Origin: Octopus bimaculoides
Lineage: Eukaryota
Length of the DNA: 58,661 nucleotides
Assembly: GCF_001194135.2 (NCBI RefSeq)
Contig: NC_068993.1
Coordinates: 36,190,929 to 36,249,589 of the forward strand
Direction: 5' to 3'
Shown: positions 24,549-36,399 of the stretch, one piece after another
Position numbering within the stretch: position 1 is the stretch's first letter
Layout of the letters: each line of letters begins with the position of its first letter
Notes under the pieces: generated by a model
Told to the model about the DNA's origin: nothing
What the model saw: the letters and a program-made list of their open reading frames with translations, nothing else
Database searches by the model: none
Position numbers and translations under genes: made by a program

Positions 24549-26642
24549 TGTGCCACGCTCTCAGGCACTAGCAACTTATTGACTGCCATGCCAAAGTCTG
24601 AATATTTATGATTTTTCTAGGAAAAAATACAACAGTGGTTTCCTGTTGCCTTCTGCTAGTTTATTTATAGTTTACCCTGCTACTCCCCTATTCCCTCAAA
24701 CCTGCCCTTAAAAAATAGTGCCTATTTAACTCTTAGGTAGGGGAACTAGTTTAGATGACATCATGCTATGTTCATACACACTAGGCTAGCATGATCACAT
24801 GATTAGGACCCAATCCGCTTCCCAGTCCTGTATACCTTAACCACAGAACCATCTTTTGCTATTTGACCCATTATTAGGGCCTCTGACAGGTACTACCACT
24901 TTGAGTGGTAGATTTATGAGTAGTGGTGACTAGAGAGTAACTACATACTCCCCAAAACTCCAGAGCTCTGAAGCTGGAGCTTCATCACTAGATGCAGATC
25001 AATGTTTTATGCAGGTCATATAGCATGTATATGATATTCTTATGAGGCTTTATCATAATATAGCTACTTAGATGTGACCCACAAGATAGAACTCCCAAAA
25101 GTTAATCCAATTCCAGTGTAAAGTTGTAACTATGTAACAATCTTAGATTTTTCATACTCTTAAGAACAGCATGAGTGTCACAATATCTTATTCACCTTTC
25201 ACCTTTATATGTATAGCAGGAAGCTAGAGATTTATGGAAGACATAATCCAGTAGTGACAAGCATGAATAAACAATGGATTTATGTCAAGGACTTACATAA
25301 CAATTTTATACTAATGAAAAGTTTATATAAAATATATTGTGACATGACGTTTTTATTTTCCTTTTGTGAGTTTAAGATTAAGGACTACATAGTCTTGGGT
25401 GTAACCATTGTACTGGGTTCTTGGAAATTGGTGTACACTTGTTGCATGGTTGCCTATTCTTGTTTGACTAATTTAACATAAAACTGGTTCCATTTGTTGC
25501 TGCACAGTTGAATGGTTAACAAGGTAGGTAGGTGTGTGTGTGTGTGTCTGTGTGTCTACATATAGCTTCAACAAAACACAGCTGCTTCAACAAAGTAAAC
25601 AACAACAATGCATGCAAAGGAAAATAAAAAAAAACATGAATATAACTTGTGGGACAACAGTAAAGCAACTCAATAAGAAGCTAGATACTATATCATTGAT
25701 TAAAGCCAGGATTGCAACAAAATATATCTATCTATATTACATTAAAAATGAATTTCAACCTTGCTTGCTTGCAATGCTACACAGCCAAACTGGTGCATAC
25801 TGGGAAAATATTATGAATTAAGGTTCCCCTGAAATGTGAATACAAATGGAATAAAACAAGTTTTGTGTAAGTCAGACAATTGATTCTTGAGATAGGGGTT
25901 TTGGGGGTATAAATACCCAAAACTGTGCCTAATGGAGAAAATACACCGAAAACAACTTAACCTTGAAAGGGAGGAAACTCTAACCGTTCAATTAGACACA
26001 TTATGACTAACTTGCCAACAAAAAAATACAAGTTATTTTTTATAGTAAATGTTTTGAGTTTTGCATTTGTTAAACAGAATATTTTAATCATTTAGAAATA
26101 TTTTAAGTGAATGTGATTTCAAAAATTGTAAGTTGCTTATTTTAGCTTTCTTTAAATAGAAAATATTTTAATTCTTTTAAAAATTATTTTCAAGTGAATG
26201 CCATTACAAACATTTTTTTGGCATATTTAAAAGATATTTTCAAGTCAAAATTACTTTAAAGATACAATATTTCATAAAAGACCTGTTCATAACATGTGTG
26301 AAATAATTTTTTTCCATAGGTTTTTTCCGAGTGCATTCAACGTATCTCACCTCCAAAGATTTGACTGCTATTTCACTTAACAGTTATTTGTGATAAAGGA
26401 CCTGAAATGGCTGCATGGCATGCAAGAAATAGCAGCCAAATCTTTCCTTTTCTGGGGAAAGAGCTATTTACATGTGATTTCGATCTCACATTCATTGAAA
26501 GCATGCGAAATAACTTGGAAAAGAAAAAAAAACACAAAACAAAATTCCATTGGTGGGAAACTCCAAGGTCCCTACCACCCCTCACCCCTTTCTTTTCCAG
26601 AAGAAAGTGGCTTGTGGTGGGTTTGAAGGTGAGATACATTGA

Positions 26643-26910
26643 ATGCTCTCAAAAAAAACCTGTGGAAAAAATTATTTCACACCAAAGTACGAACAGCTCC
26701 TTTATGAGATATTTACCCAGGATCAGAACAGGCATGCAAATAGAAGGATCGATGAAACTGATAAAGCAAGGGCTGAGTGATTGATGGAACAGAGGGAAAG
26801 AGTTAAAAGCAGGAGAGATCAGGAATTGGATGCTCATGTGAATACAAACAGAATAAAACTAGTTTCGCATAAATCGGACCACAGTTTACCAAGATACACT
26901 GTTTTTTCAG
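26643..26910 (+). pseudogene. Coding relic with an STPR-like repeat (as in Helitron RepHel N-termini), one in-frame TGA
   Basis: MLSKKTCGKNYFTPKYEQLLYEIFTQDQNRHANRRIDETDKARAE*LMEQRERVKSRRDQELDAHV...; the TGA at 26778-26780 would be Arg if it came from CGA. Confidence 0.4.
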
Positions 26911-27551
26911 GTACATTGAATAATTGGTGACCCAATAGGTTATGGATAGTCTAGTTTATTATATAACCAGAACCTACAATACATATAGGAAAACAGCAAC
27001 AGCTGCAATGGCCTTTGACATAATCAAATTAACTGTGAGAGTTATTTGCCTTCAAATTTGTTTTTCTATTTTGCTGTTGTTTAGTTCCAGATCAGTTCTG
27101 AGCAGATCTATAATCAAAAATATTCCAGTCATGACCATCCAGCCTTTTATTTTTTCAGACACAATTTATCTGATATTTTCTTCTTATAATTTTTGTAATT
27201 ACAATAACGCGATCTGAGAAAGATTTGGTTGCAAAACAAGTGATATATATAGAGACTCATTCACTGGCTTTTAGTTTGGTTATTGTAAAGTGTTTGCTTT
27301 AGGACTAACAAGAGTGTGGTTAAACAAAGAATTATCAAGAGTCTTAATGAGACAAGAGAGAGGTTAATTGATCTTTGCCTTAATCACCCTCTTGTAAAAT
27401 TGATAATAGTGCTTTCTATAAGGCCTGAAATTTGTGGGGAGGGGCTCGGTTGATAACATTGACCCCAGTAGTCAATTAGTACTTATTTATTCAAAAAGAT
27501 GAAAGAATTTGAACACAGAACATAAAGATAGGACAAAATGCTAACAATTCT

Positions 27552-27787
27552 TATTTCTTTATTGCCCACAAGGGACTAAACATAGAGGGGGACAAACAAG
27601 GACAGACAAAGGGATTAAGTCGATTACATCGACCCCAGTGCGAAACTGGTACTTAATTTATCGACCCCGAAAGGATGAAAAGCAAAGTCAACCTCGGAGG
27701 AATTTGAACTCAGAATGTAATGGCAGATGAAATACTGCTAAGCATTTCGTCCGGCATGCTAACATTTCTGCCAGCTCGCTGCCTTAA
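27552..27787 (-). mobile_element. Young complete family B SINE nested in an older copy of the same family
   Basis: 14-bp TSD ATGCTAACAATTCT at 27538-27551 and 27790-27803; CpGs intact; older family B sequence on both sides (about 27410-28005). Confidence 0.9.
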
Positions 27788-28404
27788 GCATGCTAACAAT
27801 TCTGTCAGCTAGCAACCCTTATAATGTTGGTTTCAAATTTTGGCACAAGGCCAGCAACATCAGGGGAGAGGGTAGGTCGATTACATCAAGCCAAGTATTC
27901 AACCGATATTTATTTTATCAACCTCAGAATGTAAAGATAGGCAAAATACTGCTATGCATTTTGCCTGGCATGCTTATGATTCTGCCAGCTCACTGCCTTC
28001 CGCACTTGTAATATTGATAATAATAACTGTTTATTGATGAAACTGTTTGCTAAAGAAGCACCAAGTGATCCAAGAAGATGAAACCAGCGGAAGAGGAAGA
28101 CTAAGGAAGCAGTATGGATCAATCTCAGGATGTGGAAATTCTTCATCTGAAGATCAACAAGAAACTCAGAGTAATGATGTATGAAGTTTCAGCATTCAAT
28201 GAATTATTTCACTCCATTTTCAATATTGAGTACTTTCAGTATTTTCTTTCTCTTGTTTGCATTTATGTATTGACAAATATTAAAACCCCATCTATCTCCA
28301 TTGTAGATCTTGTGCCATTGTAGATAATGATGGTGGTGGTGGTGATGGTGATGATGATGGTGACTGATGAAAATGTAAATATATTACAAAAATAACACCA
28401 AGTG

Positions 28405-29280
28405 TGACTGTGTGGTGATGAAGCTTGCTTCTCAACCATGTGGTTTTGGGTTTAGTCCTATGGCACAGCACCTTTGGCAAGTGTCTTCATTTACAGCCCT
28501 GGGCTATAGTAATGTTAGTGAATTAGGTAGACAGAGACTGAAAGAAGCCCATGGTGTGTGTGTGTGTGTGTGTATATATACACATATACATATATATATA
28601 TATATCATGGTAGCAATGACAAGAGACCAAGACCTTTGGAGATATGCCATGCTTGAGAAGACCCATCAAGCCATGTGAAACCGTAGTCATAGCTAATGCC
28701 AGTGTCATGTAACAGGCACTCGCATCAGTGGCACATAAAGGGCAAACCTTTGAACATTGGACCTCATGGTGGTGATAAGTGGTTGAGACCTTTGGTGACA
28801 TGCCATGCTGGAAAAGATTCATCAAGCCAAGTGAAATCATAGTAGTGGTCGATACCAGAGTCACATAACAGGCACTCATGCCAGTGGCATGCAAAGAGCA
28901 CCCATTACACTCTTGGACTGGTCAGCATTAGGAAGGACATCCAGTCGTAGAAACCATGCCAAATCAGATTGGAACCTGGTGCAGTTCTTCAGCTTATCAG
29001 TTTCAGTCAAATTGTCTGACCCATGCCAGCATGGAAAGCAGATGCTAATGACGATGATATGTATGTATGGGTGTGTGTATGTCTTTGTGTTTGTCTCTCA
29101 CCACTACTTGATTGGTGTTAGTTCATTTATGCCCCATAATTTAGTGGTTTGACAAAAGAGATCAACAGCATAAATACCAAGCTTAAAAAGTAAGTACTGA
29201 GGTCAATTTGTTTGACTAAGCCCTTCAAGGTCCTGCATGGCCACTGTCCAATGACAAGCAAGTAAAAAATAAAAGATCAA
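28405..29280 (+). mobile_element. Family A SINE with a full-length family C element (about 28605-29060) nested in its central microsatellite
   Basis: A head at 28405-28560 and A tail at 29060-29280; the insert ends in gatgctaatgacgatgat. Confidence 0.75.
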
Positions 29281-29789
29281 AACTAAGCAAGTGACCTATG
29301 TCAAAGAACAGAAAAGTACAGATCGTGTCAATAACCTTTATAATGCTGCTGTACATGTGAACTGACATTACATTGTCATAAGTTAGTTACTTTCCTTTAC
29401 TAAGGTTACCTCCTGATGTTTGTTATTTTTATTGTTTAAAACCAGGGCATTTCCGATTGAGTAGCCTATGCCCGGATTAGTTTTAGGTATTGTATATTTA
29501 GGATTACATTATTAAATGAGCACTTGCCCTCTTTTTGGAGACATCAGTGTAAAATAACAGAAATAGCAGCCCACACACCTTCAAGATTTGGCTGCTATTT
29601 CTAGCAAGTTGAACAATTGCAGAGGCTCCCTTTTTAGTCATTTATTTTCACTTAAATGAGTGATCCCCAATTAGGGTCAAACAGTGTTTTGCAAAAAGAA
29701 CAAGAAATTTAATTTTTCAATCTTGCACAGAAGAAAAATTCATGTATCCCATCAACACATTTAGAAAACCTATAGATATGCTTGTTGTT

Positions 29790-30170
29790 AACACCAAATT
29801 TACTCATGTGTACAGTCTTTTAATATCCAGTATATGACAAACAATGAAAAATAAAACAGATGCTACAATTATTGTTGTTAATATTAGATTTACTATTGTG
29901 TATGGTCTTTTTAATGTCCAGTATATAACAAATGATGAATAATAAAACAGAGAACTGCTGTGGTCATTGCTGTTGAAATCAGGTTTACTTATGTATATGG
30001 TTTTTAATGTCCAGTATATCGTATACAATGAAAAATAAAACAGAGCAGCTACAATTATTGCTTAATGCCAGATTTACTTATGTGTATGGTTTTTTAATGT
30101 CCAGTATATAACTAACAAACAGTGAAAAATAAAACAGAACTGCTACAATTATTGTTATTAATATTACATC
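29790..30170. repeat. Tandem satellite, unit about 91 bp, 4 copies plus a split fifth copy
   Basis: aat(g/a)tccagtat recurs at 29822, 29913, 30006 and 30096; further pieces at about 30378-30402 and 31131-31200. Confidence 0.9.
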
Positions 30171-30189
30171 TACAGAACAGTTAACACAG

Positions 30190-30370
30190 TGGGAAAATTG
30201 CTTAGCAGCATTTCATCCATCTTTGCATTCAGAGTTCAAATTCCACTGAGGTTGACTTTGCCTTTCATCCTTTAGGGATCAATAAAATAAGTACCAATTG
30301 AACAATGGGATCAATGTAATCAATTTATCCACTTCCCAAAATTACTGGCCTCGTGCCAAAATTTGAAATC
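30190..30370 (+). mobile_element. Family B SINE
   Basis: gagttcaaattcc...gactttgcctttcatcc...aagtacca. Confidence 0.8.
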
Positions 30371-30403
30371 AAATTAAGATCTATTTATGTGTATGGTTTT
30401 TAT

Positions 30404-31130
30404 CTAGTAGAGCACCTAAACAAGACAACCAATGAATTTGGCATGGAGATAAGCACAGAGAAAACAAAAGTTATGGCAAATTGCCCAAATGGAATCAGTA
30501 CCAACATAAGTATCAGTGGAGTTGAGCTTGGATAATTTCAAAACTTCAAATATCTTGGGGTGATAGTGAGTGACCAAAATTCCAAGCCTGAAATGATGTC
30601 CTGCATTGCCAAAACAACAGCAGCAATGATCAAAATCAGAACAGTGGGGAAAGCCAGAAATATCTCACTGAGCTTCAAAATTAGGATAATGAGATCACTA
30701 GTGATCTCAATATTCCTGTATGCCTTTGAGACATGGACACTTATAGCAGAAATCGAAAGAAGAATCCAGGCCACGGCGATGAAAAGTTTGGAAATATCAT
30801 ATAGAGATTGGGGCACAAATGAGGAAGTGAAAAGAAGAATAATGCAAGCAATAGGGCCCTATGAGGAACTTCTTACCACAGTAAAAGAAATGCAAGCTCA
30901 GGTAGTTTGGGCATGTCACCTGCTCCTCAAGGATCGCCAAAACAATCCTTCAGGGAACAAGGTGGCAGATGCAGAGACAGACAGAGAAAGGGGTGGGGAA
31001 ACAATATCTGTGGGCAGACAGGCCTAAAGATGAGAGACACAGTGTGAGAAGCAGAAGATAGAGACAGGTGGAGAGACCTGGTCACAAAGTCATCAGTGGT
31101 GCCTCAACGGTCAGCTAGACTATGAGATAT
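30404..31130 (+). mobile_element. 5'-truncated RTE-clade LINE (end of RT, C-terminal region and 3' UTR), frameshifted
   Basis: FGMEISTEKTKVM, FKYLG and SLVISIFLYAFETWTL are RTE/BovB-type motifs (ORFs 30353..30535 and 30560..31027); 3' end gtggtgcctcaacggtc...gactatgagat. Confidence 0.92.
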
Positions 31131-31289
31131 GTAATGTCACATAACAAATAATGAAAAACAATATAAAAACAAAACTGCTGTAATTATTGCTGTTCTGTGA
31201 AATGTTGCTTCAAGAATGCAATGGAAAAAAAATGGATATGTGTCATCAAGTCAATATTAAGCTTCCCATCAAGTTGAAGAATTTACAAG

Positions 31290-31545
31290 ACATGAGGTAA
31301 AGATTCACTCACCACCATGCTGCAACCTCTAAACTGACTGGCACAGTATATCATCACTACTACCACCACAACCCTAACCTTCCTTTCTGACTTTCCACTA
31401 CCTCTCACCACATAAACCACCGACTCTAAACTTGTCACTCAATTCTTATTCCCCAGACACAATAAAGTTCTGGAATTCCCTCCCCTGCCAATATATTCCT
31501 TCTATTTGTGATGAACTTAAAAAAAAAACTGTACAAATTGTAATG
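31290..31545 (+). mobile_element. Degraded 3' end of a CR1/L2/Jockey-type LINE
   Basis: ttcttattccccagacacaataaagttctggaattccctccc gives the (S)FFPRTIKFWNSLP-like terminal motif across a frameshift. Confidence 0.55.
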
Positions 31546-31694
31546 GTAAAGGTCACGCCATAAGCTTTTCTACCTGACTAAAAAAGAAATTACTACATAT
31601 ATATATATATATATAAAAGCACACTTATGTATATATAACACACAGATACATATATATAATAAACACATATACATCTATATGTAAACATAAATAT

Positions 31695-31760
<66 letters not shown>

Positions 31761-32270
31761 TATATTTATACCCACACAAACACAAGGTCAGAATAATAAT
31801 GAGGCTAAGAATGGTGAATAAATTATTAATTATATGATCATGAGTTTAAAAATTACAGCCACAGCCACTGACCCTGAAACTCAGGCTGGCAAACAAACAT
31901 ATTCCACTTCTATCACATGCAATACCCTTCAGGTTATGTGCTTGTCCCTTCCTGTGGGAGGCAATATACAACAATCATTAGCATCAGTAAGTATATATTA
32001 ATGAGTTAAGTTCACATTGTACTACAGCCATTTGAGAGTCTGGGTAGGGTTCATGAGTCAGCTTGCAACAGTTTGCAAGGTTGGTAAAGAAAAATTAAAA
32101 TGCAAACATAGATCCCTCCCACACACACAAAGAACCTACATTTATACTTGGTAAAAAGAAGGGATGTTTGCAAATCATTGTATAATTTACTAACAATCTA
32201 AAATATATAGAACTACATGCAAGAAACACTGTATGACTTAATACAAATCAATGTGCAACATGCATGCGCA

Positions 32271-32312
<42 letters not shown>

Positions 32313-32804
32313 NNNNNNNNNNNNNNNNNNNNNNNNNNNNNNNNNNNNNNNNNNNNNNNNNNNNNNNNNNNNNNNNNNNNNNNNNNNNNNNNNNNNNNNN
32401 NNNNNNNNNNNNNNNNNNNNNNNNNNNNNNNNNNNNNNNNNNNNNNNNNNNNNNNNNNNNNNNNNNNNNNNNNNNNNNNNNNNNNNNNNNNNNNNNNNNN
32501 NNNNNNNNNNNNNNNNNNNNNNNNNNNNNNNNNNNNNNNNNNNNNNNNNNNNNNNNNNNNNNNNNNNNNNNNNNNNNNNNNNNNNNNNNNNNNNNNNNNN
32601 NNNNNNNNNNNNNNNNNNNNNNNNNNNNNNNNNNNNNNNNNNNNNNNNNNNNNNNNNNNNNNNNNNNNNNNNNNNNNNNNNNNNNNNNNNNNNNNNNNNN
32701 NNNNNNNNNNNNNNNNNNNNNNNNNNNNNNNNNNNNNNNNNNNNNNNNNNNNNNNNNNNNNNNNNNNNNNNNNNNNNNNNNNNNNNNNNNNNNNNNNNNN
32801 NNNN
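32313..32804. other. Assembly gap (N) inside a (TA)n tract
   Basis: N run. Confidence 1.
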
Positions 32805-33612
32805 ATATATATATATATATATATATATATAAGATAGGATGTTATAATAAATGGCTTTTGAGATCATAAATCAAATGATTATTGAAACATGATCATAAAA
32901 TCTTATTTGATACATTTTGAATCTAATACCAGAGGCTAGACACACCATCAAGAAGTGCATTCTGTATTCACTTGATTTTAGGTTCGGTCTCATGCAAGTG
33001 TCTTTTTTTGTTTGTAGCTTCAGGCCTTCTAGTGTCAGACAGAAACTGTATTGAAGCATATCATGTGTGTGCATGTGTATGTGAATGTATGTGTGTGTAA
33101 CCACTGTTTCACAGCAGATGACAACTGGTGTTTGTTCATGTCATCCATAACTTAGTAGTTCAGAAAAAAGAGAATTATAGAATAAGTAAGTACCAGATTT
33201 AAAATATGTGTGAAATTAATTGCTCTGCCCAAAGACAATAAACAGTCCAGCCAAGGAATTGAACCCATGCCACTTAATCTGAGAACTGAACAATTGTAAG
33301 CCCAACACTGAGTACTTTCATTTCCACTTAAAAAGGAAACAGAAACAACATTGTTCCCTAGTGGACAGTTAATACAAGGGAGATAATCATTTCTTCATAA
33401 TATTTGGTAGGATTAGCAGTTTGAATTTGAAATTAAGGAATAAGAAAAAATGATGCATAGAATACACATAAGGATGCTTTTTGTTGTTTATTTACTATGA
33501 AGTTCTTAAAGTTTTTAGTCAATGGTAATCATGTATAGCATTTCATCATTCTTTTTAGAAATATTTGAAATTAAACAAAACACTTCATTTATTCTTACTG
33601 GATGTACAGTCA

Positions 33613-34425
33613 TATGCACATCATATCATCATAATAATAATCCTTTCCTTTTTTTACCTCCCCTGAAATAACCTCTTTATTATCCTCCTTATTATCCTCC
33701 ATGTTTGTTATTCTAAAAGTGGATTTGTTTTCAACAGAACTAACACTTCCCAAAAGTAGACACAATTAAAATAGCTTGTACATCTAAATACACTTCCTAT
33801 CCTGCTCATTATAACAATATACTGGTTTTTGTCTTTAATATAAGTAGATATCTTCAGGAGAAAATAGCATCAGGTATATATGGAATTCTGTACATGGTAA
33901 AGACCAGAAACTGGTGAAAGAGCATGCCGCATAAACATTATCACACATCCTTTGCCAGATGGTTTCTATCCGTGTGTGAGTGCGTGTGTGTGTTCTAAAT
34001 ATTTTTCTTTTTTTACCTGACTTTATCACAAGTTTCACCTTATGTAACAACAATCTTCTGCTCTTCTTTAATTACGACTGTCCAGAATAGTATATGTTCA
34101 ACCAATGCCAAATAGATTGTGTATGGAATCTGTTTACACGCACATACACTCACAGGCATACCTACCCTGCTAGAAATAGCACCTAAATTTCCTTCAAATC
34201 ATACTCACTTCTAAAACAAAAAATGTGCATTTAGCCTTCAATATACTAAATACATACATACATGTCTGGGAAGTGTTTGTTCTGTTGAAAACAAGCTCAC
34301 TTTTAGAATAGTAAACATGGAGGATAATAAGGAGGAAAGAAAAAAAGAAAATGAAGAGGTTATTTCAGGGGAGGTAAAAAAAGGAAAGGATTATTATTAT
34401 GACGATATAATGATGTACATGCATA
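33613..34425. repeat. Inverted repeat pair (about 140-160-bp arms, about 510-bp spacer)
   Basis: 33613-33752 is the reverse complement of 34267-34425, sharing ataataataatcctttcctttttttacctcccctgaaataacctct exactly. Confidence 0.85.
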
Positions 34426-35045
34426 TTTGTAAATAAATAAATAACAACAGATAGATAATGTGTCAATTCATTACAGTTGTTTACCAACAAACTTTTAATT
34501 GATTCATAGGACATTACATCATTAGAAAAAAACCATTTTCATCAGGTGAACACATGAATCACTACATTCAAAAACATTCAAAAGCCAACAAGATGTGCAC
34601 CTCCATGATTTAATGACCCTTGCTGGTCATAGAATGAATTTGTTAGTTCAGTTTGGTGGTATTGTAGGAGAAAATAACACAATGTCATGTGTGGGTAGGG
34701 AGGTAACGAAGATTTATAGCAATGAGGAAGAGTTTAGAGGAGGAGGTAGGGAGGAATCAGATAGCAAAGCATCTCACCCCTACAACTAAGATAGCCATAT
34801 CATTTAAGTACCTCATTCACTTGAATACATTATTATAATACTTGTAGATATATTTACTGCCAAATCTTATTATCACTGCATCCTTCCATGCTGTGACACC
34901 CTCTTGTTTCCTTTCCACTCACCCTTACCTTTATCACTCAGCCTTCTACTATATGTGCCCTCTACTAATATGGAACCCACTTTCTTTCCTCCACTCACCA
35001 CTTCCTCGTCACTCAATCACTCCTTTCCATCTCAAGGTCTTTTGA

Positions 35046-35219
35046 TTAACCTTTTAGCATTCAGATTACTCCTTCAACTGTAATGCTTCCTTATTCTCAC
35101 TGTTTTGAATTAATCATGCACTATCTTGTAGCTTCGAGATTTCAATGATGTGATTGTTTACTTTTGAGATGACAGAATATATTGGCCAAATATGACCAGT
35201 TTAGATACTAAAGGGATAA
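35046..35219. mobile_element. piggyBac-like MITE
   Basis: Termini TTAA-CCTTTTAGCATT and GATACTAAAGGG-ATAA (inverted repeats with a TTAA-like TSD). Confidence 0.6.
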
Positions 35220-35619
35220 TCTTGGCTCTTATTGACATCCCTCTATCTTCTTAGTCACATTAGCTTAACTGTTTGTACATGTCTCAGAATACTGAGTATT
35301 CCAATCATTCATCCCTCTTATGACTTATCCCTATTATTCATACCTCTTATCACTCATGCTCCTTATCACTCGTGACCCTTACACCTCATGCCTCTATCAT
35401 TCTGTAAAGGTCAGCAAGTGAGCAGAGACATGAATCAGAGAGTTGTATCAAGGACATGACAACCTCCCTAGTGCTGGTACTGCAAAAAAGAAAAACTGCT
35501 AGTATACTCTAAAAACCAAAAATGAAATACATGAATGAAATGTGATCCTCCAACCCATCTAAATGAGCAGTACTCTTGAATGTTTGGCTCTGACCACAGT
35601 GACCCATCAAACCCAAGTG

Positions 35620-35864
35620 ATCGTGATTTCAATTCCTAGACCAGGTGATGCATTGTGTTCTTGAGCAAAATACTTCATCACATGTTGCTCTGTGATCACT
35701 TCAACACCTGACATGTAGTACACCATGCACCTGTTCAGACAATGTCGATTTGATGGAGAGAGTGAGCTAATGTGCAGTACAAACATTTAATCACAATAAA
35801 CAAATCATTTGTGCAGGTCGTTTGGCAGGAGCTGAATGCTCATATGTTGTCTTTGACAGAGAAT

Positions 35865-35870
<6 letters not shown>
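35620..35870 (+). mobile_element. Different CORE-type SINE fragment
   Basis: ttcaattcctagacc...gtgttcttgagcaaaatacttc is a B-box-like plus CORE-like motif, with a body unlike family A. Confidence 0.45.
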
Positions 35871-35904
<34 letters not shown>

Positions 35905-36009
35905 NNNNNNNNNNNNNNNNNNNNNNNNNNNNNNNNNNNNNNNNNNNNNNNNNNNNNNNNNNNNNNNNNNNNNNNNNNNNNNNNNNNNNNNNNNNNNNNN
36001 NNNNNNNNN
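35905..36009. other. Assembly gap (N)
   Basis: N run after (TA)n. Confidence 1.
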
Positions 36010-36399
36010 TCATTATCGTTTTATATCCATTTTCTATGCTGACAGGGATAGGATGAGTCATTACAGTTCAAGTCATTTCTTATTGGGAACCATATTTATG
36101 ATGGCTTCACAAAGTTTCCATCTACTAAATTCCATTCCCAAGATAATGGCCAACTTGAGGCTATGATGAAAGACACTTATAAAAGGTACTCTGCAGTAGG
36201 ATCAAACAAAGATTTACATAGATGCAAAGCAAACTTTTTAACCACTCAGCTATACCTGCACTCATTACAGAATCTGGAGACAAGCATCAGACCTTTGTGC
36301 TATGGAAAAAGATCAAACAAAATCAGTTGTACAATTCCCCATCACCTGACAATAGTGAGCTGCACCTACCACACAACTTATATATAGTTAGACAGACAA

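Noticed and set aside
26600-26634. 28-nt plus-strand mini-exon (cttttccag|...AAG|GTGAGA)
   Set aside because: It resembles a decayed reverse copy of repeat family D and has no independent support.
29790-30170. CRISPR-like repeat/spacer periodicity
   Set aside because: Whole units are homologous with no unique spacers; it is a eukaryotic satellite.
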